Position numbers and translations under genes: made by a program
Assembly (NCBI GenBank): GCA_002269645.1
Contig: NIVC01002702.1
Location: 84,779-148,778, forward strand
From: Macrostomum lignano
Lineage: Eukaryota
DNA: 64,000 nucleotides
Direction: 5' to 3'
The notes under the pieces: generated by a model
Database searches by the model: none
The model's input: only the letters and a program-made list of their open reading frames with translations
What the model was told of the DNA's origin: nothing
Part shown: positions 1-12,745 of the stretch, piece after piece
Position numbering within the stretch: the first letter of the stretch is position 1
How the letters are laid out: each line of letters opens with the position of its first letter

Positions 1-198
1 TAAGAAACGCCAAGGCCTGGAACTGAGGTCAAAGCCGGGGGGTTTGACCAGAGAAGGTAATAAACAGAAAGAACTTATATTTATTCCCCTTTAGGTCCCA
101 GTCTTGTAGCCGACACTTAGTTTATCTAGTTGGGCCAAATAAATGGCTCAACCAATTAAAAATGTTGCAGAATTTCCAGTGCAGAACACTTTCCCCTT

Positions 199-713
199 CT
201 AGCACACTCCCCCTTACTACATTCTAGCACTGTCTCTAGCACCGTCCTGGTGACTCCCCCCTTCTAGCACTCTCCGGTTCTAGAACTCTCTTTCTAGCAC
301 ACTCCCCACTTCTATTGTAATAGCACTTTCTGTTTCTAGTACATTCCCCCATTCTAACACACCTCCACCTTCTAGCATAAGCACATCTCCACCTAGCACA
401 CTATCCATTCACTTTTAACACACCTCCACCTTTTAGCATAAGCACATCTCCACCTAGCACACTATCTATTTCTAGCACAATATCCACATTTAGCAAACTA
501 ACTTTATCTAGCACATAGTACACTATTCCCATTTAGAAAACTATTTTTATCTAGCACACTGTCCCCATCTAGCACACTGCTTAAATTTAGCATACCAATA
601 TCCCAATCTAGCATACTGTTCCTATCTAGCACACTATCCCTATCTAGCACATTCTTATTTAAGCACATTGTCCTTATACTATTGTCTAGCACATTGCCTT
701 CATCTAGCACATT
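199..713. repeat. Degenerate TAGCAC-core tandem repeat
   Basis: Recurrent CTAGCACA/TTAGCACA cores at irregular spacing; explains the 504..710 pseudo-ORF. Confidence 0.7.
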
Positions 714-1989
714 GTCTTAATCTAAAAGTGAGCTTTTTAAAGCACTATTTTTAGCCCACTTCAAATTTCTCTATAATATAGTAGCCTAATCTTATCTAGT
801 TGCAAATTTCTTAATTTCTTAGACTTTTATTGTTGCCTTTTATTTATGCTTCTTTTCAATTACAAATTTTTCCTTTTGTCATTTTGAAATTATGTTTTGC
901 AAGAGATTGATTTTGATTTTACTTACCTTAGGCTTAGCTTATATACTCTAACTAGTCAAATTGGCAAGCTAGCATAGTAGGTTAGAATTTTTCATATAAA
1001 GTTTTAATAAATACCTATATATAAGTTTTATAATTCTCTTTTAATGTTAATATAATGCTTAGTAGCTTTGCTTTTAAATGAAATAGCTTTGTTTTACTAG
1101 AAGTAAGGCAATATTCAATATTTTTAAATGAAATTACACAAGTTTGTTGAACAAATAAAAGCTGTATGCATATAAACCTTTTACAGTTATACAAGTTTGT
1201 TAGAAATATGTACACAAGTGCATAAGTTTTTATTAGTACATATGGAATGCATCTAAGAGGGTTTCCATGCTTTTCAATGACAGTGCATTTTAGTGCCCAG
1301 CATTTCAATGCCCCAGTTTGCTTTTTGGTGCCTTAGTTAATGACCGCTAAATAATAAAAAAGTAATCTCAAAACAAATATAATAAATACTTTACAAAACA
1401 TTTTATTTTCCTAATAAAAGCAATATCCATTTTGTTCAACTAGCATATTTCTTAAATTTCAAATAATCCATTTAATTTAATTGTAAACATTTGCCATATT
1501 CTGTATAGGCTACAAGGCTGCATTTAATAAGCATGTGTGCTAAGAAGACTTAGTTAGATAAAGATATAATCCATCAATTATGCTACATGTATAGTTTTGA
1601 TTGAAATTATGAAATGTGACAAATCAATTTTAGTATTGATTTCTTGAGTCTACATGGCATGATCATACTTTTTATCTTGAAAAATTGAGACATTTTAAAT
1701 TTAAATGAAACAAGCTGTTGAAACCCGCGGATTTTGAACCCTGGGAATTCCAATCCCTGGAACTATTCTGAAATCTGAGGCCATACTCAAAAACTTGTTG
1801 ATAATTAGCAGAGAGGCAACCATAAAAAGGAGTACATTTATGTAAAATTAGAATTTGAGGCAAACATTGATCTTGTTGGCTGGGGTGCTGCGCAGAATGT
1901 CAGGCAATGTCTGTCTGACTCTAAAACATGTATTGGCAAACTCTGGCCTCTGCCTCTGACTCTCCCTACGTCCCTTGGATTCTTTGAAA

Positions 1990-2383
1990 CTTCTATCTTC
2001 TCTTCTGTTTCCTCTTCTCTCTCGTCCCTCGTCTCTCCTCTCTCTCCTCTCATCTCTTCTCTTTTTTCTCTTTCTTCTCCTCTCTGATCTCTATACTCTC
2101 TCTTCTCATTCCTCGCTCTCCTCTATCTCCTCTCTTCTCTCAACTCTATTCTCTACTCTCTCATCTCTCCTCTACTCTATCATCTCTCCTTTCTACTCTT
2201 TCCTCTCTCTTTCTCCTCTCTCATCTCTTCTCTTTTTCCTCTCTCCTCTCTCCCCTCTTCTCTCGTCTCTTCCCTCACTTGTCTTCTCTCTCGTCTTTGC
2301 TCTCTTATCTCGATCCTGTCTCTTTTATCTCCTTTCTCTTATCTTTTCTCATTTATCTCTGCTCTCCCTCTCTCTCGCCTCTC

Positions 2384-2445
<62 letters not shown>

Positions 2446-3250
2446 CTCTCTCTCATCTCTCCTCTCCCCCCATCTCTCTTCTCCTCTCTACTCTCTCCCC
2501 TCTCTATTCTTCTCTTTCCTTTCCTCTCTCCTCACTCACTTCTCTCTTCCTTTGTCTCTCCTCTCTCCTCTCGTCTCTGTAATCTCTTCTCTCTTCTCTC
2601 TTATCTCTTCTCTGTTCTCTCTACTCTCCCATCTCTCGTCTGTTCACTCTTGTCTCTGCTCTCTCACCCCCTCTTTCATCTGTCATCTTTACTGTATTAT
2701 ATGTTCTCTCACCTCTTTCCTCTGTACTCTTTTCTTTCCCCTCTTTTGACTCCTCACTTTCCTTTCTCCTTTCTTCTCTTCTCTTCTCTTCCCTCTTCTA
2801 TACTCTCTCCCTCTCTTGTCTCCTCTCTTCTCTCTTCACTCTCCTCTCTCCTCCATTATCTCTCATCTCTCATTTCCCATCTCTCCTTACACCTCTCTCA
2901 TCTTTACAATCTTAGAGATGTAGAGATGTATCTTTATCTCTTCTCTCTTCCCTTTACTCTCCCATCTCTCCTTTCACCTCTTTCCTCTCTCCTCTCTGCT
3001 CTCCTCTCTGCTGTCTCCTCTCTCCTCTCATCTGCAGCTTACTGCTCTCTCATCTCTACTCTCTTCTCTCTCCTCTCTACTCGCTCCTTTCTACTCTCCC
3101 CTCTCTCATCTCGCTTTTCCTCTCTCCCCTCTTCCCCCCCTCTCTCTCATCGTCCTCACCCCTCATCTCTTATATTATCTTCTATCTTTTCTCTTATTCC
3201 CTCTTTCGCCTCTCCTCACTTTTCGAATCGTCTATTCCTTCATTTTTCCA
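1990..3250. repeat. CT-rich low-complexity tract with a pure (CT)n core
   Basis: Nearly all C/T; pure (CT)n at about 2388-2442; source of the L/S-rich pseudo-ORFs. Confidence 0.95.
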
Positions 3251-3869
3251 CTCTCATCTGCCCCTCAGCCATGAGCTGGATTCTTTATCTGGCCTTTAAG
3301 GTAAAAGTCTGCCCATCCCTGCTTGGAAAGCCAGTTTGTGGGACGTACTACTCTCATCACTCATTGTTGTTCTCATACTTTGATCACGTCATCTTTATTG
3401 CCAATTTGCAGCCCTGAAAGGATTTGTGTATCTTCAGTTCCACTTCAGTCTGCATCAGTCTAACAACCAAAGAAATACGCATTTCTTAGGAGGCCATTTA
3501 AAATTTAAAGTACTTTTAAGAGAAACTTAAAATTTCCATGGTGTGACAAATTTAGTAGGGTTGTATTGCATTGCGTCGCCTTTTCATAAATATTTCGCTT
3601 TTACAAACCATGCTGGAGCTGGATTGCCTTGATTTGCCATCCACTGTTAAACTGCTGCAGAGTTTGCCTATACAGAGGACAATGGTTAGAATTTCTCACT
3701 AAACTGTTATGGATGCCTAAACGTAGCCTCTCCACGGGGGTGCAGAGAAGGCCATAAACAAAGCTATTCCAAAACACTGTACATTCGCTATGTACATTGA
3801 GCCCTATCGCCTGACCCTTCGTCTGGGCTGGCGCTGAGGAAGTGAGCAGCCCAAACAACAGAAAAAGCA

Positions 3870-4475
3870 GACAAACTTCACATGCTTACAGTTTCCGTTC
3901 TGATTGGGTTACAGAATTGAAACTTTACATTTTGACAGAGAATGAGTCAATGAAGAATTGTGTCAAGTTTAAAGTCAATCGCTTTATGTGGAGCAAACTT
4001 ATGGCAGCCGAAAGTTAGTCATTTTAAAACCTATTTGCACCCTTTGCCCAGATAGGGAAAGAAAGGCAGGCGGGCGGAGGTTGGGGTGGTTGCTACGCTG
4101 AAAAAAAACAGCCTAACTTTAAAAGTGCACAGCGGCTTTCAGGATTAACTTTGAGATTTGAAATTTTACACGATTGTGTCAAAATAGTTGAAGATTGATT
4201 GTGTTAAATTTGAAGAGAATCGGTAGAAGTGGAGCGGCGCTATGGATGATTTAGTGAAAAAATCGCGCATTTTGAGCAGTTTTTTGCACTTTTAGGGGGG
4301 AAGACTCAAATTTAGGAAATTCAAAGGTAGCCTAAGACATTCTCCGTAGTGAGTTTAGGGTGGGTGTAAAGTTTGGTGTAATTTGGTTGAGTGGTTTGGG
4401 AGTCCATAGCGAACGAAATTGTCCACAGACAGACAGACACACAGACAGAGAGTTTTGGTTTTTATAGGTATAGAT
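3870..4475 (-). mobile_element. Possible non-autonomous Helitron/Helentron-like (Lep1/DINE-type) element; 3' end not defined
   Basis: Minus strand begins A|TCTATACCTATAAAAA, followed by a (CTGT)n microsatellite and ..AAACCACTCAACCAAATTACACCAAACTTT.. This layout resembles the 5' ends of invertebrate non-autonomous Helitrons. No clear CTRR/hairpin 3' end was found. Confidence 0.35.
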
Positions 4476-5093
4476 GAGATACTTTTTTAATTAAAATAGT
4501 AGGCTACCTTAACAAAATAAATAATAATAATACAATATTTTTAAGTTTAGAAGTAGAAATACTATATTTACTTATTGATAAATTCCAATTGTCAAATTCT
4601 GCTTTAAAATCTAGGCACCAAAATGCAAATTAGGGCACCAAAAAGCATAGGCACCAAAAAGCGTAGATAGGGGAGCCTACCTTTAGGAGCAGGATTATAT
4701 TCAAAAATTCTATTCCGGCTTAAAGCTAGCTATATTATATATGTAGACTATTTTTATAGAGTTGTATAGTTAGATTAGATAGGCCTAGCCTAATCAAGTT
4801 AGGGCCTAATAATAAAAAAATTGTGTTAGGCCTACTCTTGGGATTTTTTGCATTTAATTTAAATAAAAAAAATTTAGAATCTTTGATTATATAAATAAAT
4901 GACAATAGTCTAGTCTAGAATAGTCAATAGTTAACTCTAGTTTAGATAATAAATTTCCTAGTATCCTTCTTAAAAACTTTTATTCCAAATATTAGAAATG
5001 AAACTTTCCATATCTGGATATCTATCATTTTTGGCATTTGATTCATTTTTTAAATAAATAGGCCTATTAGGCCCTATACTTAGTAGGCTGTCC

Positions 5094-5374
5094 CATAGGT
5101 GTAGGAATGGGGGGGGCAATGGGGCCTTGCTGTCGCCGAGTCAACCTGTCGCCAAATTAACTGGTTCCCTTTTAAAGTGGGGGGGGGGCAGTAATGGGAT
5201 GTGCCCCCCCCCACTTTTTTCAACCAAAATGTTGTCTTTTTATAATTTTATAATTTCTTTTTTATAAAACTACTTTTTTGGAATTTGCTGCCTTGCATTG
5301 CATGAGTCAATCTTAGTCATAAGACCTATGGCTGGACCTGGCCCCCCACTTTTTAAATTGTTCCTACGCCTATG
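5094..5374. mobile_element. MITE, hAT-like (281 bp)
   Basis: TIRs CATAGGTGTAGGAA / TTCCTACGCCTATG (13/14 match); perfect 8-bp TSD GGCTGTCC at 5086-5093 and 5375-5382. Confidence 0.9.
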
Positions 5375-5660
5375 GGCTGTCCCCTACCCCCAATAAATAT
5401 AGTTTCAATTGACTGTTTCATACAACTTTATTGATGCCATGACAGCAGCATGGTGGTGCCCCCTATGGCCTATGTGGATTTTGTGAACTTTTTTAAGCTA
5501 CAGACAGTGACAATGAGCAACTGAAGTTTTGAGTGATGCATAATGCTATTGGATTGTTGTAAAAACTCGTTAAATTAACAAACTTACAAACATAGCCTAT
5601 TTTAACGCTTTATGAAGTCTAAATTTAAAATCTCAATAATGTAGGCCTATCAGTAGCCTA

Positions 5661-6405
5661 TCATGGCTCCGCCATGTTGATGGTTGGGCCTGGGCCTGCC
5701 CTACCTGCCGTACCCCATACTCTGTGCGGAAGGGTTCTTTCTTTGAACAGAGTCATCTGAAGCTGACGCAGTTGATTGACTTCATCTACGGCTGGTCGCA
5801 GAAGACACGGATAGAGGACGTTATGCGCGAGTGCGAGATTGGCGACTGGCACACGGTGGTTGACTGGGCCAATTTCTGCCGCGACATCTGCACCCAGTTC
5901 TTCATTGACCATCCAATGCAACTCGGTGGTCCAGGAACAGAAGTAGAAATCAACGAGAGCAAATTTTTTCACCGGAAATACCACGTAGGTCAGTACCGCG
6001 AAGGCCACTGGGTTCTGGGTATGGTGCAGCGGCCAGCGAGGAACGAACTGCTGCATGATGGTCATTGTCCCAGACCGCCGTGCGGAGACCCTCATGCCCA
6101 TTATTGCCCAGTACATACTGCCTGGCACCCGCATAATCACTGACAGCTGGTTGGCCTACCAGCAGCTGCCCAATCATGCTGTCGTCAATCATTGACTGAA
6201 CTTTGTGAACCCGGTGGACCCAACTGTCCACACTAACACCATTGAGGGCACATGGGCTCACGTGAAGGCCAAATTCCGCCAGATGCATGGTACATCCTAT
6301 GGACTGTTTGAGTCACATCTACAGGAGTACCTCTGGCGGCGCCTCTTCCCGAACAAGACCTTCGGGAACTTCCTCTACTGGGTGTCGCATTATTATCCAT
6401 TGTAA
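5661..6405 (+). pseudogene. Merlin/IS1595 (ISXO2-like) DDE transposase, inactivated
   Basis: Motifs DGWAWACPTC..RKGSFF, VEINESKF (D>N in VEIDES), HWVLG, IITDSWLAY, VVNH, HTNTIEGTW, HLQEYLWR. Frameshift near 6035-6050 and in-frame TGA near 6193-6195. Confidence 0.88.
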
Positions 6406-8877
6406 TCCGTTTCAATTGCAGACTAGGCCCTAACAAAATTAGACAGTTGCTTCCATGTTTATCTTACTCCCTGTTACCCCTTATTATCTATTCTGTCACT
6501 TACTAAGCTTAAAGTGACTTAAAAGATATTATTTTAAAAAAAAAATAATTTAACGTGCGAAACTACAGGATAGCCATTTTTTGCATAGCCAGGTTCAGGC
6601 TTGAGTGATGTGATCCGTGCTAATTTTTTTAGTAGTAGGCCTAGTAGTAGTAAATTTGGCTCAGGCTTAAGGAGCCTGTTATGCCAGTATGATCCGATTT
6701 ATTTAGTATTTATTCAAAGGGTTAAAATTTACACGATCGCTGAAAACGAGTACTACACGATATTGTATTAAGTAAGGTATTTGAAAGGGCATCAAGAATT
6801 TTTAAGGGAAAAATAGAAAATCGATGTTGTATATATATGACCTTCATGCAAAACGATTCTTCTAAAATGCGATTCAGAAAAGGTAGTTAAATATTATTTT
6901 GTCAATATAACAAATATCTAGTATAACTAAGGATTGTTCTCAATAATAGGCGATTTATGTAAAAGATATAGTATTTTTGAAAGCGCGTGATATTTCAAAG
7001 CGTGAAAAACGAGCATAAACACACTTCGAACGAACTTAACGTCTAACGATTAACGACGAATTAAATAGGAAATTAAAAAAGACAGTAAATGAATAAACAA
7101 CTTGCTGATCAAGCGCGCTGTTTGAAATCGTGCAGGTTTCTGTGAAGTAGTTACAGGCAATTTTAACAAATTGCCGTTGATACTGGAGTTTTTTTCTGCT
7201 GAGTTATACAGGCTGGAGTGAACTGGATTAACTGAGAGCTGAATGGTCTAAGATAGTGCCTAGTGCTTTATTCTTTTACACATGCCGCATGGGCTTCCAT
7301 GCACTGTGGATGACTCAATTTTATAGGTAGCAAAGACATGCATGATCGATAAGACAAGGCAGGGCCGCTAAAGAGGCAATGTCAAAGGGAAATTGCCTGA
7401 GAAAGAACGTCATACCCATGTCATCATTTTATGGAGCATAATGCATGACCAATCTTCTACTGTACACGTCTAGAAATTTATATGGGAAGTCTGAAGTCAA
7501 GAAATTTTAAACGCGGTTTAATATATTGCATGAGTTGATATGAAATGTATACCAACTGTAGGATTTTATTCTTCAACATTTCTGCATGCAGTAATCTGCA
7601 GTGTTGAACGAAAAGATTTATTTAACCAAATGGTATGTCCTGCCATATGCACGTGTGCATGGAATCCCAGCTATTTTGATTAATTGGGTTGCTAGTAGTA
7701 GGATAAATGCACTAATGATCAAACTAATATGGCGCATTAACAGTCCAAAAAACTGTTGCAATTAAGTGATCAAATTGTACATGTAGCTCTTTCGATGTCG
7801 AAAGGCCAACATTAGATGTCACTGTAGCATGCGCAGGCAGGCAGTTCGGGCACCTAGTTTGCACTCCGTGACCCCCACCCGGCCTAATCCACTTCCCTCT
7901 GCTCGAGCACATCCCAACGCGCACTCAATGAACCGGAAATCTGTGTTCTACCAGACAATAAATATACAGGCACAGCCACACTCTATTTCTCCACCTTTTT
8001 GAGTGGCTAACTAACACTCGCAATAACCAGCCAGAATTGCTCGCTACAGTCACTTAGACTTAGCCAATAGATCTTGATCAGCCAAAAAGCTGAGATCCAG
8101 TCAGCAATCGCTGGCGGATTCTCACGACCTGACGTCAGGCAAAATTTCTGATACTCGAATCGTCGATAAGCTTCAACAATGGACTGGCAACGTCTGCAGC
8201 GAACTTCGTGACTTTGAGCAGAGTATCGTCTCTTTTTAATGAGCTCCGCATTGAGGTGGCTAAGCGACTTGGCTTGCTTCAATTTTACCCCTCTTTGCTG
8301 CTCGAACGGCCACCACCGCACAACAGTGCTCTCTCAGGCTTACATGCTCGATGCGTTTCAACTGATGCTCGGCCACTTCCGCTGTCATCAGTTGGTAGAA
8401 ATTTTCGCACCTGGTAATCTGCATGCAGCATTTATGATGCAGACTTGGATTACAAATTGCTTCTACTAGTTTGCTAGCGTCTTCTAAGCGATCTGAAGGA
8501 GTGATTTGTATTACAAATTATCAATAATTTAATAAAACTGTTGCATTATATTAGCAAACGTGTTTGTTATCATCAAGGACAAAGAAGAAGTCCTTGAGAA
8601 GAAGAAGACTCGTTCAGATATTGTCTGTTTTTTAGTTCTTCTAATTAGCCTCGAAAGTATAGTAAACGGCGTGAAATGAGAATCGTTCAATCAGTATTCT
8701 GTCGATGAGTTGCATCAATAAAGGGTTATAGATTTTATTCGCAATGTTATACTATAATTTTTTATTGATATCTCATGTTTTCAACCACGCTTTTATATAA
8801 AGAACAAAAACATAAATCATGCAGTTCTAAGCCGGAGCGAATGAAATAATGTATTTTTTTGTTTTTTTAGTAATTAA

Positions 8878-8961
8878 GAGGCGTCGGTGAGTGGACAAGA
8901 GGCGTCGGTGAGTGGACAAATGGCGTCGGTGAGTGGACAAGAGGCGTCGGTGAGTGGACAA
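8878..8961. repeat. 21-bp minisatellite x4 (GAGGCGTCGGTGAGTGGACAA)
   Basis: Four near-perfect adjacent units. Confidence 0.95.
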
Positions 8962-10153
8962 GATCAGGTTTAGTGGGCAGGAGGCCAATATCCACAGAAA
9001 TGTCACACCGAAGCGATAAGAAGTGCTTCGATTTTATTAAATTATTCTGAAGTTTTCATTTATTTTCAAGTTTAGAAAAGGTGAGGTAAATCAAAAATCA
9101 AAGGTAAATAACCCAGACTCAAATATTTACCTGTATAGAAAGCGGTTTTCGCAGCCACGTAGCAAAATGCTTCTCTAAGTTCGTTGTCGGTCAAAACTGT
9201 TAGTAGCTTGTCTACCGATATGTTTAGATAATTTCTTTTATTTGCAATTGTTGCGGACTCTCTGCAAGCAAAATTTTTTAACGATATGTTGCTCAAATAG
9301 CCAACTAGTTTATTGAGCACAGTTAGCTGACCTTGTCTAGCCGATGACCGCATAGCAATCATTGATTGAGTTGAACCCATTGCTATATAGTACTAAAAGA
9401 AATAAATTTCAACACTGTCCAATACTCATCTACTTTTAATATAGTACTTGGAATTCAGAGAGTTCTCAACGTACTGGATGAGCCAAATGCATGTCTAACT
9501 TCATACGTTTGCGTGTACACTCTGTATTGTTAAGGTATTGCTGTACATCCAGCTGCAGTGCACACGCATTGTTCTATACACGTACTTACCAGCTAACTTG
9601 GACAGCTTGCAACGTTTTATGCTCTTTGCTTCTCTTGCTTCTAATAGCATTCTTTTATTTAAAACATTATGAATGATCGAAGGTTACTTAAAATGCTAGT
9701 AGGTCAGTTATTCAAGAGCCAGGCAAAATATCAATTCGCTTTTTACTCTGAAATCTTTTCGTAGATATTTTCTAAGATCGTTTCTACTATAAATATTACA
9801 CTAATTATCGAACTTTCGAGGAGTATAACTAGCCATTACAAGAAATCGTGGCACCAAATATGCTGCTTTAGATTTACCGTCATCTATAGCCATCCTGCCT
9901 AACAAAAAACATTTCTTCGAGAATGTTGCAATCGAGTTATCTGCTTGAGTACCATAGACAATAGGGCACTGCTGGGGACACTCCTCGCTGTCTGCCGTGG
10001 GACTAATTGCTCGATAGAAAGAATTTTGATACGAGCGTGAAGCTTACCTAATCGCTTGTTCGTTCAAGTTCTCGTTTCCATGCTAGCAGCAGCAGCAGAT
10101 CTTCTTCATCAAACGAATCTTGGACATCACTCAGCGTATACACTGCTGTCAGA

Positions 10154-10744
10154 ATGGGCGAGGAAGACCGCGAGCAGTGCATGCACTATGTTCACAACTG
10201 GCACACTGGACAAGACGCAGTTGTGCCTTTGCACACCATGGAACGCTACATAATGACTACATTTGCCGCTAAGGTTAACTCTTTTCGCGATCCTGATAAC
10301 CCCGATTTTCGACCGTTTTACCACGACTTCATGGAGAACGAAGGCGAGGAGAGACAGTTTGCCGATGCGCACTCGTTTATGAATCGAACTCGACTATCTG
10401 TGAGACGAGTGCTCGGCTGCGGGCACTTCATCCTATGCGTTCTGTACTCAGAGTACTGCAAGCTAGAGAAGAAATTTGGCGAATCCTGGTCTTGCCTAGA
10501 GCTCTGGCAGCAATTCAAAGAGGACCTGCTATCCAAGGATCTGCTAAATCCCGACGCACCTTGCGACCCGGAGGCTGTGTACTCGTGGATGCTAAGCTTC
10601 TATTCGAATCTGTTCCAGATGACTGTACCTACGGATCAGTGGTGGGAGTCAAGTCGAATACCGTTCACGCAGTTTTCCTTTACAGCACCGGTTGAAAAGG
10701 ATGCCGACATGCGTTCCGAGGAGTTTCTAAAGAACTATCAGTGA
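10154..10744 (+). CDS. Orphan ORF or terminal exon, about 196 aa, unknown product
   Basis: Non-repetitive, protein-like composition with GC-rich coding-like texture; the frame stays open upstream to about 10052. No family recognised. Confidence 0.5.
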   Translation: MGEEDREQCMHYVHNWHTGQDAVVPLHTMERYIMTTFAAKVNSFRDPDNPDFRPFYHDFMENEGEERQFADAHSFMNRTRLSVRRVLGCGHFILCVLYSEYCKLEKKFGESWSCLELWQQFKEDLLSKDLLNPDAPCDPEAVYSWMLSFYSNLFQMTVPTDQWWESSRIPFTQFSFTAPVEKDADMRSEEFLKNYQ

Positions 10745-10875
10745 GTGATTCCTGACTTTACCAGCAATTAATGTCGCCAGTTGCAGAGACAGCAACAGAA
10801 GAAGAATAGCTTTATACAATTAGTGTTAGTCTATAGTGTATGAGACGTTGTAAACAGGAAAGCATCACCCCTGAT

Positions 10876-11624
10876 CAGGGGCGTCGCCAACGGGGGGGAC
10901 AGGGGGGACATGTCCCCCCCCCAGTAAAAGATCTGGGGGGACATGCCAATGCTTTGTCCCCCCCACCCCATACCTTGTAATCCGTTATGGAAATCTATAA
11001 TTTTGCTGCAGAGCGACAAAACATAGCGCCTGTGGCGCTAAAATGAGTGCCTGCGGCGCTAAAATGAGTGCCTGCGGCGCTAAAATGAGTGCCTGCGGCG
11101 CTAAAATGAGTGCCTGCGGCGCTAAAATGAGTGCCTGTGGCGCTAAAATGAGTGCCTGCGGCGCTAAAATGAGTGCCTGCGGCGCTAAAATGAGTGCCTG
11201 CGGCGCTAAAATGAGTGCCTGCGGCGCTAAAATGAGTGCCTGCGGCGCTAAAATGAGTGCCTGCGGCGCTAAAATGAGTGCCTGCGGCGCTAAAATGAGT
11301 GCCTGCGGCGCTAAAATGAGTGCCTGCGGCGCTAAAATGAGTGCCTGTGGCGCTAAAATGAGTGCCTGCGGCGCTAAAATGAGTGCCTGCGGCGCTAAAA
11401 TGAGTGCCTGTGGCGCTAAAATGAGTGCCTGCGGCGCCAAAATGAGTGCCTGTGGCGCTAAAATGAGTGCCTGTGGCGCTAAAATGAATGCTTGTGGCGC
11501 TAAAATGAGTGCTGACAACACCGATTCTGAAAATAATGTATATGTAGGAATTTAGTCATGTACATGTACATGCATAATTGTTGGCTTTGTCCCCCGCACC
11601 ATAAAATCCATGGCGACGCGCCTG
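10876..11624. mobile_element. hAT-like MITE (749 bp) carrying an internal minisatellite
   Basis: TIRs CAGGGGCGTCGCCA / TGGCGACGCGCCTG (13/14); perfect 8-bp TSD CCCCTGAT at 10868-10875 and 11625-11632. Confidence 0.92.
11027..11515. repeat. 21-bp minisatellite (GCCTGCGGCGCTAAAATGAGT), about 23 units
   Basis: Direct tandem units; source of the ILAPQAL and MSACGAK pseudo-ORFs. Confidence 0.97.
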
Positions 11625-12126
11625 CCCCTGATATCAATCTTAATAGCCGATAAATTAGTACCCTATTCGAGCTTTGTTATCCCAGCTGACTTAAAATGTT
11701 TCCTTGAGCTTTGCCCCCCTCCCTATTGTTCCTTACGCTTAGTATAACAGCATTCTACATTGATCTAGAGTATCTCAGCAACTCCCTATGAAGTCTTGGT
11801 ACACATATAATGGTACATGGATAAGTAAATACTGTTTATTTCGGTCGGTAGGTCGGTAGGTCGTCATAGTCTCTATATCAAAATCTGTTCGCTGCTGCTA
11901 TAGGGGTCGTTCTATAAAGCTGTCGTAGCGTAAGTTCGATCGTGCGTTGGAATGAGCTACACTGCTGAGATATGAGCTAAGAACGATCTTATCTTATGAT
12001 GGCTTAATAGAACGGGCCCATAATCTAATTTACTGAGATCGGTTGGGTTTGGTACGCGCGCAGGTATGTAGGCAAGAAAAATATTGATCTGACGACTGAT
12101 TTCTATCATTAAAAATACGTCTGCAG

Positions 12127-12745
12127 GGAGTTCCTCGGCTTTCACTTGCACAATATGAACGAATTCGCGCTACTGACTGGAGACCATCTTAAACAGTACT
12201 ATCAGCTAATGCGCAAGGAGGGCGAACCGCCGGCTTCAAACATCACGCGCAGTCAGAGGAATTACATTCAAACAACTAGCACCACCGTTGTACAGAAGCA
12301 AACTCACGTGTCGTACAAAGAGACGAAAGTAATCGCAGTTGCCGTTGGCGCTGGACAAACTGTGCAGTCGTTGAAGCAGATCAGCAGCGCACTGTCCGAG
12401 TGCACCAGCCGGCACAAGCACTTTGAGAAAAGGGAAGAATTTCGAAACAATGGGCGACCCCATGCTGGAAATCCAAACTCCTTCGAATGGCACCGGCTAA
12501 TCATAGGCAGATCGAGCGGCATGTGGCGTTCAGTGTCCAGCAATTTGTCAGTGAAAGTCGTCAACTCCGAATGGAAACGCGGCTGTAAAGGCTGTCCGGC
12601 ATTTCAGCGTTGGGTCACCAAAAGCGGTCGCAAGCGCGAGTGCAAGTGGGTCACTATCCGGCGGACCATACTCGTTCGTCGAGTGTTTTGGCGTCGGTTG
12701 CCGCCGAGGCCCATGAGACGCAGGCTGCGAGCGAAAAAAAATTGA
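12127..12745 (+). CDS. Orphan ORF or terminal exon, about 200 aa with a basic C-terminus, unknown product
   Basis: Open frame after a CTGCAG acceptor (12126): EFLGFHLHNMNEFALLTG...RRRLRAKKN*. No family recognised. Confidence 0.4.

Noticed and set aside
1975-3417. 480-aa L/S-rich ORF
   Set aside because: It is a translation of a CT low-complexity tract with no domain.
10985-11555. ILAPQAL and MSACGAK repeat proteins
   Set aside because: A 21-bp unit keeps frames open on both strands, and the array lies inside a MITE.
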